Positions 29,686 through 39,826 of a DNA stretch of 64,000 bases are shown piece after piece. The DNA comes from Paracoccaceae bacterium. Its GTDB lineage: Bacteria > Pseudomonadota > Alphaproteobacteria > Rhodobacterales > Rhodobacteraceae. Position 1 is the stretch's first letter. Every line of letters begins with the position of its first letter. A program made the translations under genes and the position numbers. The DNA is taken from NCBI GenBank assembly GCA_045565015.1, contig JBJLGD010000036.1, positions 82 through 64,081 on the forward strand, read 5' to 3'. Below the pieces are notes generated by a model. It searched no databases, had not been told where the DNA came from, and saw only the letters and a list, made by a program, of their open reading frames with translations.

Positions 29686-30663
29686 TGTGCTACTATCGGT
29701 GAGGCTTGTAACAGCGATTTTTTTGGCTTCAAATTCATAAAATTACTTCCCTTCTCAAACCAACTTCTAGGAGCCGGCGCACCCCACAAGGTTTGTCTTT
29801 GTGGATCTTTTAAATCCCACTTTAATAGGCTCATGATCCGGATCCACGGTCTGATAATCGGAACAGTAAATCTCTATTCTATGCCCATCAGGATCCAATA
29901 TATATAGGAAAAATGCATTTGAAATTCCATGCCGACCAGGTCCTCGCTCTAAATTTTTCACGTATCCAGAGCTGGCCATTATATCACATAAATCAATTAT
30001 ATTAAGAGGGGTTGGGACCCAAAACGCCGTATGATGTAAGCGAGGGCCTAAACCATTTGTAAATGCCATATCATGCACGCCCCCTTTCCGGTGAAGCCAT
30101 GCCGCCCAAACATTTTTACTACTATCATCTTCTGTATACTCGGTAACCCTAAAGCCCATCTCATTCCAAAATAAAATTGATTCATCAACATTACTGCTAA
30201 AGCAATTAAAATGATCTATTCGCAATGGCTTAACCCCCTTATAGAGCTTATACTTTTGATGGATAGATGGAAGTCTTTCCATTTTAAAATAAAACTCTAG
30301 TGGTATACCATGAATATCTTGAGTACGTAATGTTTTTCCTTGAAAAGGCCTTTCAACCCATTCAGTAGGTAACCCTTTGACCTCAAACCAAGTGTTAGCT
30401 TTTTCCAAATCTAACTCAGAAAAAACTTTAAAAGCTAAAAAATTTACGTCTGTATGTTTAGACTCTTTTAATATCAGACAATGGTGTCCACGCTCTTCCA
30501 TCGCTCTTAAAAAAACTTCTTCCTCTGTTTCATGCGTAATCTGAAGACCTAATATTTCAGTATAAAAATGCTTACTTTCACTCAGGTTTGAAACACCTAT
30601 TTCTAAATGACTAAGCCTCACTATATTAAAGTCTGGGTAAAGGTTTGGATTAGGAACTGGCAT
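29682..30663 (-). CDS. hpaD: 3,4-dihydroxyphenylacetate 2,3-dioxygenase (VOC-type extradiol), apparent C-terminal frameshift
   Basis: The ORF 29767-30663 has two VOC modules. After DPDHEPIK the frame breaks at the T3 run 29821-29823. The shifted frame reads WDLKDPQRQTLWGAPAPRSWF... and ends in a TGA that forms ATGA with the hpaG start at 29682-29685. Confidence 0.7.
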
Positions 30664-30673
30664 TATCTATCTC

Positions 30674-32209
30674 CTATCCACCTAACTTTGGTATCGAATG
30701 ATGTGTTGTGGCAAAGGCAATATTTTTTGTCTCCATATAAAACTCAAAAGACCAGTCCCCTCCATCTCGTCCTATCCCAGATGCCTTAACGCCCCCAAAG
30801 GGAGCGGGTAAGTGCCGAAGGTTTTCAGAGTTAACCCATATCATCCCTGCTTCTAAATGGTCCGAAAACCTTAAAGCTCTTGTTATATCAGAAGTCCATA
30901 AATACCCACTAAGTCCATACTTTGTATCATTAGCCAACTTTAAAGCCTCTTCCTCGTTTTTAAATGGAATAGCTGTTAATACAGGACCAAAGATTTCTTC
31001 CTGAGAAATTCGCATATCATTTGTAGCATTGGTGAATAACGTAGGTGAGATATAACAGCCACCGCCTGGGCCAACCACTTTCTGCCCACCTATAGCTATC
31101 TTTGCCCCCTCTTCTTGTCCTATTTTAATATAATCCAAAACTTTCTTCTCATGAACTGGATGAATAACGGGTCCGACGACTGTATCAGGGTCCAAAGGAT
31201 GACCTACGTTTATGTTTTTTGATTTTTCGACGACTAATCTTACAAACTCTTCGTATATGGATTCTTCAACGAGTAACCTTGACGATGATGTGCAACGCTC
31301 TCCATTTAACGAGTAAATCATAAATACTGCCGCATCAGCAGCTCGGTCCAAATCAGAGTCTGCAAAAACAATAATTGGGTTTTTTCCACCCAACTCAAAA
31401 TGCACTCTTTTTAATGTTTGAGCCCCTTGTTTCATGATTAACGAGCCAGTTTTACCCTCTCCAACAAAACCTATCGCTTTTATGTCTGGGTGTTCCGTGA
31501 GTGCTTTCCCAGCTTCCTCGCCCAGTCCATTAACAAGGTTCCATACGCCTTTTGGAAGACCAGCTTCTTCTGCTATTTCAACTAAAATACTCGCAGAAAG
31601 TGGTGAAAACTCCGCAGGCTTGTGAACTATGGTACAGCCTGCCGCTAATGCAGGTGCTATTTTCCATGTTGATAACATGAATGGAGTATTCCAAGGGGTT
31701 ATTATTCCAACAGGTCCTATCGGATAACGAGTAGAAATATTTAACTGACCCTTTGCTCTCATAGACTTACCGTCTCTTGCCTCAGTTACCCGGTCTGCAA
31801 AGTATCGGAAATTCTCCGCACCTCGAAGAGCCGCTTTAGCCATGAAACGTAAGGATTGACCGGTATCAACGGCTTCAATGAATGCTATTTCTTCAGCTCG
31901 CTTTACAATTAAATCAGCTATACTATGAAGTATTTTCTTTCTTCTTGGCCCCTCTATATCAGCCCATTCCCTAAAAGCACCTTTAGCAGCTTTTGCGGCA
32001 TTATCGATATCAATAGAATCACCCAATGAAACTTTTGACAAAGTTTTTAAATCAATTGGGGAAATTGTTTCAAATGTTTTAGCGTTAGCACTTTCAACTT
32101 TAGAACCATTTATATGATTTAAGACTCCGTTTACCTTAAAACGCTCAAGGTACTGCGTTGCCTTTTTTTTATTCTCTTCAAAAAGATTTTTACTATTATT
32201 ACTTCCCAA
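30674..32209 (-). CDS. hpaE: 5-carboxymethyl-2-hydroxymuconate semialdehyde dehydrogenase
   Basis: 511-aa ALDH (ELGGKNP, NGERCTSSSR). Specific call from cluster context. Confidence 0.75.
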   Translation of the reverse strand: MGSNNSKNLFEENKKKATQYLERFKVNGVLNHINGSKVESANAKTFETISPIDLKTLSKVSLGDSIDIDNAAKAAKGAFREWADIEGPRRKKILHSIADLIVKRAEEIAFIEAVDTGQSLRFMAKAALRGAENFRYFADRVTEARDGKSMRAKGQLNISTRYPIGPVGIITPWNTPFMLSTWKIAPALAAGCTIVHKPAEFSPLSASILVEIAEEAGLPKGVWNLVNGLGEEAGKALTEHPDIKAIGFVGEGKTGSLIMKQGAQTLKRVHFELGGKNPIIVFADSDLDRAADAAVFMIYSLNGERCTSSSRLLVEESIYEEFVRLVVEKSKNINVGHPLDPDTVVGPVIHPVHEKKVLDYIKIGQEEGAKIAIGGQKVVGPGGGCYISPTLFTNATNDMRISQEEIFGPVLTAIPFKNEEEALKLANDTKYGLSGYLWTSDITRALRFSDHLEAGMIWVNSENLRHLPAPFGGVKASGIGRDGGDWSFEFYMETKNIAFATTHHSIPKLGG

Positions 32210-32220
32210 CTATGCCTCCT

Positions 32221-32601
32221 TTAAGAAAGTCTATTATGAATAGAGTTTACTTTCCAACTGTAGCTCTTTTCTATCTCAATTATCTCTAAAGATAATGCAA
32301 AATATTTCTCTTCCAACAATTCATCAAAGATTTTTTTGGCTTCTTCCATCAGAGCTTCGCCAACATCAATTCGATCTTGTTTTGAGCGGCCCTGTCCTAT
32401 CCGAAAAATCATATCACAAAAAGTATTCATTTCATGTTTATCTGCTATTGAAAAATTACCAGCTCTAAAAGCTCTAACTCTAATACCTCCTAGAGGGAAT
32501 ATCCCTGTTTCTTTTAAAGTATCTGAAAGTTTATTACATACTGTGTTGAGGTCAACGCGAGCCTCAAGGCCAGCAGAATATTCTAATCTTAAATGAGGCA
32601 A
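32221..32601 (-). CDS. hpaF: 5-carboxymethyl-2-hydroxymuconate delta-isomerase
   Basis: 126 aa. The MPHLRLEYS N-terminus (catalytic Pro1 after Met removal) and the length match CHMI/HpcD. Confidence 0.75.
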   Translation of the reverse strand: MPHLRLEYSAGLEARVDLNTVCNKLSDTLKETGIFPLGGIRVRAFRAGNFSIADKHEMNTFCDMIFRIGQGRSKQDRIDVGEALMEEAKKIFDELLEEKYFALSLEIIEIEKSYSWKVNSIHNRLS

Positions 32602-32780
32602 TTGAAACTCCTAATAAGCCTTTTTTTTATTTATAAACAAAGAGGAATTAGTAGCAAGGAATTTTGAATACTTTAGTTTAAAAATCTATCTTAATAGCTC
32701 GATAAAGCACTTGTTCAGTACAAACAAATCCCATACCACTTAAGTAGATAGAACTATTTTGATTAGAGAAAAGGCTGTTG

Positions 32781-33425
32781 ATGATAAAACTGGATATACT
32801 GTCGGACCCCATCTGTCCATGGTGCCTAATTGGAAAGACAAATTTAGATAAAGCTATATTAAAATTTCCAGAAACCAAGTTTCAAATCGAATGGCACCCA
32901 TTTCAGTTAAATCCAGAAATGCCGTTAAAAGGTATGGATCGGCGTGAATACTTGAAAACAAAATTTGGAAGTGAAGAAAACGCATATCGCGTTTATTCTA
33001 GAATATCTAAAACAGCAGTAGAATCCGGTTTAGAGTTAGAACTTCAAAAAATAAAAAGAACTCCTAACACCATTAATGCACACAGATTAATACACTGGTC
33101 TGGTTTGGAAGGCTTTCAAACGGCGACAGTAGTTGCATTATTTAAAGCCTATTTTATTGATGGTCGGGATATAGGAAACATCGCAACATTAATCTCTATA
33201 GCAAAAGGTATTGGACTAAATGAGTCGCTAATTAAACGACTTTTAGAGAGCGACGCCGATAAGAAAATTATAGAACAGCGTGATCGTAATTCGCGAGAAA
33301 AAGGTGTAACAGGAGTTCCTACATTTATTGTAGAGGACACCCATGTTCTGCCGGGAGCACAATCTGAAAACTTGTGGATAAATGTGATAGAAGAATTAAA
33401 TCAACTGAAAGGCGGCACAAAATAA
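32781..33425 (+). CDS. DsbA-family oxidoreductase (FrnE-like)
   Basis: About 214 aa with a CPWC active site in DPICPWCLIGK. The ORF track begins at TTG 32778, and ATG 32781 is more likely. Confidence 0.7.
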   Translation: MIKLDILSDPICPWCLIGKTNLDKAILKFPETKFQIEWHPFQLNPEMPLKGMDRREYLKTKFGSEENAYRVYSRISKTAVESGLELELQKIKRTPNTINAHRLIHWSGLEGFQTATVVALFKAYFIDGRDIGNIATLISIAKGIGLNESLIKRLLESDADKKIIEQRDRNSREKGVTGVPTFIVEDTHVLPGAQSENLWINVIEELNQLKGGTK

Positions 33426-33443
33426 CACTTTTGAATATTTACT

Positions 33444-34625
33444 ATGAATAGAAATAAATTATCCACCGGAGAGTTTGTCATTATAATAGCGTTGAACTTC
33501 TCGCTTATAGCATTTTCTATAGATGCTATACTCCCTGCATTACCAGACATAGCCTCAGAATTAATACCATCGTCACCTAATAAAACACAATTCATCATTT
33601 CAAGTTTCTTAGTAGGGATGGGTATTGCCACTCTTTTTGCAGGTCCGTTATCTGATAGTTTTGGAAGAAAAAAAATAATTTGTATCGGAGGTACAATATT
33701 TCTTTTTGGAACAATAATAGCTGGTACAGCTAACAATCTAGAAGTAGTTTTAATTGGTCGTTTCATTCAAGGATTAGGAGTGGCAGGCCCTAGAGTAGCA
33801 GCTCTTGCTATAGTGCGAGACCTATACGCAGGGCGCAAAATGGCCCAAATAATGTCTATATCAATGATATTCTTCACCTTTGTACCTGCAGTAGCTCCAA
33901 TGATCGGCGCGCTTATACTAATAAATTTTGGTTGGCGAAGTATATTCACTGGATTTATAATCTTTTTAATTATTGCTGTTGGGTGGTTGCTTTTACGGCA
34001 ACCAGAGACACTAGTAAAAAACGACAGAGTGTCTTTTGCATTTTCTAGAATTTACAAATCACTAATTGATTGTTTTACAGATAAAATTTTTGTGATTTCT
34101 ACTATCCTTCAAACATTAACCTTTTCTATTCTGTTTGCATCTATAAGTACTATCCAACAGGTGTTTGATATCAGTTATGATAAGGCTTCAAGTTTTCCCT
34201 ATTGGTTTGGTCTAATAGCCCTGATCTCTGGATCTGGGAGCTTTATAAATTCTTACTTAGTAGTAAAAATGGGAATGCGAAGGTTAATAAGTGTGGGATT
34301 TGTGATTGGAACTGGGGCATCGTTATGCTTGATATTGTTTAATTTATTTTATCTTATTCCATTTTCATTATATTTCGTCTGGCAACTCTGTGTATTTTTT
34401 ATGATTGGCCTAATAATAGGAAATTTGAACGCACTAGCAATGCAACCAATGGGACATATTGCAGGCCTTGCAGCTTCAATCATTGGGTCTGCATCAACGA
34501 TATTTGGTGTTCTTATAGCGATTCCAATAGGACTTTCTTTTAAAAACTCCCCAGACCCATTAATTATCGGCACATTGTGTTTATCCTCTTTAAGTTTTTT
34601 AATCCTGAAATTATTAAAAGAGTAA
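33444..34625 (+). CDS. MFS transporter (Bcr/CflA-type drug-resistance family)
   Basis: 393 aa with 12 TM segments and GPLSDSFGRKK (MFS motif A). Confidence 0.7.
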   Translation: MNRNKLSTGEFVIIIALNFSLIAFSIDAILPALPDIASELIPSSPNKTQFIISSFLVGMGIATLFAGPLSDSFGRKKIICIGGTIFLFGTIIAGTANNLEVVLIGRFIQGLGVAGPRVAALAIVRDLYAGRKMAQIMSISMIFFTFVPAVAPMIGALILINFGWRSIFTGFIIFLIIAVGWLLLRQPETLVKNDRVSFAFSRIYKSLIDCFTDKIFVISTILQTLTFSILFASISTIQQVFDISYDKASSFPYWFGLIALISGSGSFINSYLVVKMGMRRLISVGFVIGTGASLCLILFNLFYLIPFSLYFVWQLCVFFMIGLIIGNLNALAMQPMGHIAGLAASIIGSASTIFGVLIAIPIGLSFKNSPDPLIIGTLCLSSLSFLILKLLKE

Positions 34626-34631
34626 AATTTC

Positions 34632-37600
34632 TTATTCTTTAAGTACGGCTTTTGACGCTAAGTCTCTAGCGATAGAAAATGCTCCTTTAATTTTGTCCGC
34701 GTTACTTTTCCAGTCACGTTTAACTATCAATTTATTATCACGTATCTGAGCCAACCCTCGCTGTTCTGAAATAAACTCTGCTAAACCTATCGGGTTATCA
34801 AATTTATGATTTTTGAATTCAATAGTAGCACCACGAATACCACCATTAAATTTAAGAATACTGGCTTTTTTGCACATTGTCTTAATTCTAACAACTAAAA
34901 ATAATGTGGAAACTTCGCGCGGTATCTTTCCGAAACGATCTATCAATTCTGCTGCAAAACCTTCCAATTCTACTTTAGTTTTTAAATCAGACAAACGTTT
35001 GTAGAGGCCTAATCGAACATCTAAATCAGATACATATGTCTCTGGAATCAATACTGGGACACCCAAACTAATACTCGGAGACCAATGCGTATCATTAATC
35101 ACTTCAACATTATCTCCAATTTTGATTTTAGATACTGCCTCTTCCAACATTGATTGATAAAGCTCATACCCAACCTCTCTAACATTTCCAGATTGCTCTT
35201 CTCCTAAAATATTACCAGCGCCTCTAATATCCATATCTTGGCTTGCTATGTTAAAACCAGCCCCCAAAGTATCAATATTACCTAAGACGCGAAGCCTTTT
35301 TTGAGCTACCCGAGTTAGCCTTTTGCCAGGCTTAGTAGTTAAATATGCGTAAGCTCTTACCTTAGCTCGTCCAACTCGACCTCGGATCTGGTAAAGCTGA
35401 CTTAAACCAAACATATCAGATCTATAAACAATAATAGTATTTGCGGTTGGCACATCAATTCCAGATTCAACGATACTTGTTGATACTAAAACATTAACCT
35501 TTCCATCGTAAAAAGCATTCATACGAGTATCTAACTCCGTAGCAGATAATTGACCATGTGCGACGTCAAACGTAACTTCGGGCACCTCATTAGACAAAAA
35601 CTCTTCTATCTCTGGAATATCTGCAACTCTTGGCACAACAAAAAAACTCTGACCACCTCTATAAGTCTCTCGTAAAAGTGCCTCCCTCACAACGACAGGA
35701 TCAAATTCTGTAACGTAAGTTCGAATTGCCAATCGATTAATTGGTGGGGTTTCGATAATTGATAACTCCCTTACCCCTGATAAACTTAGCTGCAACGTTC
35801 TTGGTATTGGTGTCGCTGATAAAGTAAGAACATGAATCGTCGATTTTAACTGCTTTAACTTCTCTTTATGTTGCACCCCAAAATGTTGCTCTTCATCAAT
35901 AATCAATAAGCCCAAATTTTTGAATTTGAGCTTGTCAGAAATAACTGCATGCGTACCAATAACTATATCAACTGTGCCGTTTTCTATCCCTTTCCTAGTT
36001 TCTGCAGAATCTGTGCTACTAACGAATCTGGATAACTGTTTTATATTGACAGGAAAGCCATTAAATCTATCCTCAAAGCTTAATGTGTGTTGTCTAGATA
36101 ATAATGTAGTTGGGACAACTAAAGCTACCTGATAGCCAGCATTAGCCAACAAAAATGCTGTCCTCATAGCTATCTCTGTTTTACCGAACCCAACATCACC
36201 ACAGATCAACCTATCCATGGGCATACCGCGGCCTAGATCACTAACTATCGAGTCAACTGTACTCAATTGATCTTCTGTTTCATTATAAGGAAACCGCGCG
36301 CAAAAATCAGACCACATTTCTGATATAACTTCAATTTTTGGTGCTTTTTTTGTTTCTCTATCAGCTGCTACCTTGATTAGTCTTTCAGCCATATCTTTTA
36401 TACGTTTTTTAAGTTTCGCCTTCTTTGACTGCCAAGAACTACCTCCAAGTCGATCCAAAATTCCAGTTTCTTGCCCATACTTACTTAATAACTCAATATT
36501 CTCTACGGGAAGGAAAAGTCTATCACCCCCAAGATATTCAAGCTCAATACACTCATGTGGGGCGCCAATCGCAGTAATTGTTTTTAGCCCGGCAAATCGT
36601 CCTATCCCATGATCTAAATGAACCACTAGATCATTAAGGCTTAACGACGTTAACTCAGTTAGAAAGTTATTAGCTCTACGTTTCCGTTTCGCACCTCTTA
36701 TCAAGCGGTCACCTAACACATCTTGCTCCGAAATGACTAAATAGTCTGAAGTTACATAACCACCAGGCAGGTCCCAAATAGCTGCCGAGACGCCTGCTAC
36801 AATTTCACTGTAATTTGATACTAGCTTAATATTTGAGTGGCCTTCGTCACTAAGAAGTTCAACCAAACGAGATCTAGACCCTTCGGAGAAACAAGCCAAA
36901 ATGATAGGTATTTTTTTAGACATAGTAAAAATATAACTAGCTAAAATTTTAAAAATATTTTTATTACCTGCTAGTCTTTCTGGAGCAAAATTTCGACCGA
37001 GACGTCCACCTGCATCTGTAACTTTATTTCCGGTAGGTATTGGAACTGTGACGAATTGAAATTGGGCTTTACCTTTGAGACAACTACTCACATCATTAGG
37101 GTCAAGATATAGAGTTTCTGCGTTAACCGGCATATAGGGTGAACCTAGATCTCCCTTTCTAACCAAAACGTCCTTTCTATTTTTATATTGATCAGTAATA
37201 CTATCCCATCTATCCTGAACAAGTGCTTCAAAGGTTTCTTCAAAGAAAACGGTTGCCTCTGGTAAATAGTCAAAAATGGTAGATAAATTATTATAAAAAA
37301 ACGGAAGCCAGTGCTCTATCCCCTGGTACTTGATGCCTGAAGAAACAGCTTCATAAATACCATCACTTGATTTAGGGACGCCAAATTCAGATCGATAATT
37401 TTGTCGAAATTTACTGATACTATTTTTATCTAAAATAACTTCTGAAGCAGAGCTCAAGATAACCGAGTATAGGTTTTCTTTTCCTAGTTGAGTGTTGGGA
37501 TCAAACCTACGTATCGCTTCTACATGATCTCCGAATAAATCTAAACGAATTGGGTACTCATAACCAGGTGGAAAAATATCAATTATTCCACCTCTAAAAG

Positions 37601-38072
37601 AATAATCTCCAGACTCGATTACAGTCGAACATTTAGAAAAGCCCATATTATTTAAAAATAACGATAACTTTTCAATATCAAGAAGTGAGTCAGAAAAAAT
37701 TGGAAAAACAGCCTCTTTTATAGTAGCTGCAGTCGGAAGTCTCTGGGTTACAGCGTTAACAGTAGTTAAGACCAGGAGTTGTTTTCTTGAGTTATTAGCC
37801 AATTCAGAAAGAGTGGATATTCTTTTTGAGGTAACGTCCGAACTAGGTGATATTCGATCGTAGGGCAAACAATCCCAAGCTGGAAACTCTAAAATTTCTA
37901 GTTGAGGATTAAAGAACGCTAAAGCTGTCTTAAGTTCTGAAAGACGTTTATCATTGCTTGAAATATGAATTAATGAGGATCCTTTTAAAATCTCTTTTAC
38001 CAATAAATCAGCATCGAGTCCTTCTGGAACACCACTAATTTTTGAAAAAGTATTTTTAATCATTGAATTCAC
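34632..38072 (-). CDS. mfd: transcription-repair coupling factor
   Basis: 1146 aa. Superfamily-2 helicase motifs (GDVGFGKTE, DEEQHFG), a CarD-like RNAP-interaction region and a C-terminal TRCF domain. Confidence 0.92.
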   Translation of the reverse strand: MNSMIKNTFSKISGVPEGLDADLLVKEILKGSSLIHISSNDKRLSELKTALAFFNPQLEILEFPAWDCLPYDRISPSSDVTSKRISTLSELANNSRKQLLVLTTVNAVTQRLPTAATIKEAVFPIFSDSLLDIEKLSLFLNNMGFSKCSTVIESGDYSFRGGIIDIFPPGYEYPIRLDLFGDHVEAIRRFDPNTQLGKENLYSVILSSASEVILDKNSISKFRQNYRSEFGVPKSSDGIYEAVSSGIKYQGIEHWLPFFYNNLSTIFDYLPEATVFFEETFEALVQDRWDSITDQYKNRKDVLVRKGDLGSPYMPVNAETLYLDPNDVSSCLKGKAQFQFVTVPIPTGNKVTDAGGRLGRNFAPERLAGNKNIFKILASYIFTMSKKIPIILACFSEGSRSRLVELLSDEGHSNIKLVSNYSEIVAGVSAAIWDLPGGYVTSDYLVISEQDVLGDRLIRGAKRKRRANNFLTELTSLSLNDLVVHLDHGIGRFAGLKTITAIGAPHECIELEYLGGDRLFLPVENIELLSKYGQETGILDRLGGSSWQSKKAKLKKRIKDMAERLIKVAADRETKKAPKIEVISEMWSDFCARFPYNETEDQLSTVDSIVSDLGRGMPMDRLICGDVGFGKTEIAMRTAFLLANAGYQVALVVPTTLLSRQHTLSFEDRFNGFPVNIKQLSRFVSSTDSAETRKGIENGTVDIVIGTHAVISDKLKFKNLGLLIIDEEQHFGVQHKEKLKQLKSTIHVLTLSATPIPRTLQLSLSGVRELSIIETPPINRLAIRTYVTEFDPVVVREALLRETYRGGQSFFVVPRVADIPEIEEFLSNEVPEVTFDVAHGQLSATELDTRMNAFYDGKVNVLVSTSIVESGIDVPTANTIIVYRSDMFGLSQLYQIRGRVGRAKVRAYAYLTTKPGKRLTRVAQKRLRVLGNIDTLGAGFNIASQDMDIRGAGNILGEEQSGNVREVGYELYQSMLEEAVSKIKIGDNVEVINDTHWSPSISLGVPVLIPETYVSDLDVRLGLYKRLSDLKTKVELEGFAAELIDRFGKIPREVSTLFLVVRIKTMCKKASILKFNGGIRGATIEFKNHKFDNPIGLAEFISEQRGLAQIRDNKLIVKRDWKSNADKIKGAFSIARDLASKAVLKE

Positions 38073-38188
38073 CTAAGGCATTAATGGCCTGTGTCAACAT
38101 CACTTCTTTAATTTTCTTTAAAACTACTTTAAAATGAAGATAATCTAAATATTCAATAAATATTATAAAAATTAAGTACATATAGAAA

Positions 38189-39187
38189 ATGATCACAGCT
38201 GATAACACAAAAAAGTTCACGAGATTTCGTCGTTTACGCCAAAACGCGAATATAAGAGACTTAATCCAAGAAACTACGATATCGGTTAAAGATTTAATTT
38301 GGCCAATATTTATAATAGAAGGAGATAATATAGCTGTTGATATAAACTTAATGCCAGGTATTCAAAGATTAACGATAGATAAAGCGATTGAAGCCGCAAA
38401 ATACGCTAGTAATCTTGGAATTACTGCTATTTGTTTGTTCCCATGTATTGAACGTGAATTTAAATCAGAAACATGCGCAGAGGCTTGGAATCCAAATAAT
38501 TTAATAAACCGTACCATACGTGCTATAAAGTCTGCAGTTCCGGAACTTTTGATTATGACAGATGTAGCGTTAGATCCCTATAATATCCACGGGCATGACG
38601 GATTAGTCAGAGACCATAAGATATTGAATGATGAATCTGTTGATGTGTTAGTAAAAATGGCTGTGGCACAAGCTAAAAGCGGAGCTGATATTATTGGTCC
38701 TTCAGACATGATGGATAATAGAATTAGTTATATTAGGAGTGAACTGGAATATCTCAAATTTCACGATGTAATTATATTAAGTTATTCTGCAAAGTATGCT
38801 TCATCTTTTTATGGGCCATTTCGGGATGCTGTAGGAGCAACTAGTCTCCTCAAGGGAGATAAAAGAACATATCAAGCTGACCCCGCCAACTCAGACGAAG
38901 CTCTAAGATTAGTAGAAAGAGATCTTAATGGAGGTGCAGATATGGTTATGATTAAGCCAGGCATGCCCTATCTTGATATTTGTAGAAGGGTGAAAGAGAC
39001 ATTCGGTGTTCCAACTTTCGCATACCAAGTGTCAGGAGAATACGGGATGATCATGGCTGCATCAAATGCTAAGATAATAGATAAGGATAGTGCTATATTA
39101 GAAAGTCTTTTGTCTTTCAAAAGAGCTGGCTGCGACGGTGTTCTCACATATTTTGCTACCGATTTAGCCAAACTTTTAAAAAAATAA
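38189..39187 (+). CDS. hemB: porphobilinogen synthase (delta-aminolevulinate dehydratase), Asp-rich non-zinc type
   Basis: 332 aa. DVALDPYNIHGHDG sits in place of the Cys-rich zinc site. VMIKPG contains the Schiff-base lysine and YQVSGEY follows. Confidence 0.9.
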   Translation: MITADNTKKFTRFRRLRQNANIRDLIQETTISVKDLIWPIFIIEGDNIAVDINLMPGIQRLTIDKAIEAAKYASNLGITAICLFPCIEREFKSETCAEAWNPNNLINRTIRAIKSAVPELLIMTDVALDPYNIHGHDGLVRDHKILNDESVDVLVKMAVAQAKSGADIIGPSDMMDNRISYIRSELEYLKFHDVIILSYSAKYASSFYGPFRDAVGATSLLKGDKRTYQADPANSDEALRLVERDLNGGADMVMIKPGMPYLDICRRVKETFGVPTFAYQVSGEYGMIMAASNAKIIDKDSAILESLLSFKRAGCDGVLTYFATDLAKLLKK

Positions 39188-39259
39188 ATACAATTGACCA
39201 AAAATACAAAATAATTAACGCAATATAAATTCACCAACAAATTTAGATTATTTATAAAT

Positions 39260-39826
39260 ATGAAAAAAATTAAGACTATTAACAAAAGACAATTATTCCT
39301 AACTTTATGCTTAGTAATAGGTCTCGGTAGTTGTTCAGTTAATCAGAGGGAACTGGATAAAAACGCTATAGATGTTGAATTTGATAGAGCGTTAAACCTT
39401 TTACACGAACAATGGCCAGAATCCCAAAAACTAACAAATGATGCCTCTGCAATATTACTAATACCACGAATAACTAAGGCTAGTTTGGGGTTTGGAGCAG
39501 CATACGGAACCGGTAAATTAAAATCAAAACAGGGAAACAATGATTACTATAATTTTATAGCAGGTAGCTGGGGATTAAACGCTGGGTTTAAGCAGTACTC
39601 ACATATTCTTTTTTTTATGACAAACGAGAGTCTAGAAAAATTTAAGGTGTCTAATGGTTATAATCTTAGTGCCGATTTTACTTATGCAGTTCAACGAGAT
39701 GCTTATACTGTTGGATTTGACTTCAAATCGATAACAAAACCAATTATAGCAGTTGTATATGGACAAAATGGATTAATGGGAGGATTCAATTTTGAAGGTA
39801 TGAAATACAGTAAGATAAAACCTTAA
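39260..39826 (+). CDS. lipoprotein with SYLF (Ysc84/DUF500) lipid-binding domain
   Basis: 188 aa with a lipobox LGSC after a hydrophobic leader. ILLIPRITKASLGFGAAYGTGKL resembles SYLF-domain proteins. Confidence 0.55.
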   Translation: MKKIKTINKRQLFLTLCLVIGLGSCSVNQRELDKNAIDVEFDRALNLLHEQWPESQKLTNDASAILLIPRITKASLGFGAAYGTGKLKSKQGNNDYYNFIAGSWGLNAGFKQYSHILFFMTNESLEKFKVSNGYNLSADFTYAVQRDAYTVGFDFKSITKPIIAVVYGQNGLMGGFNFEGMKYSKIKP

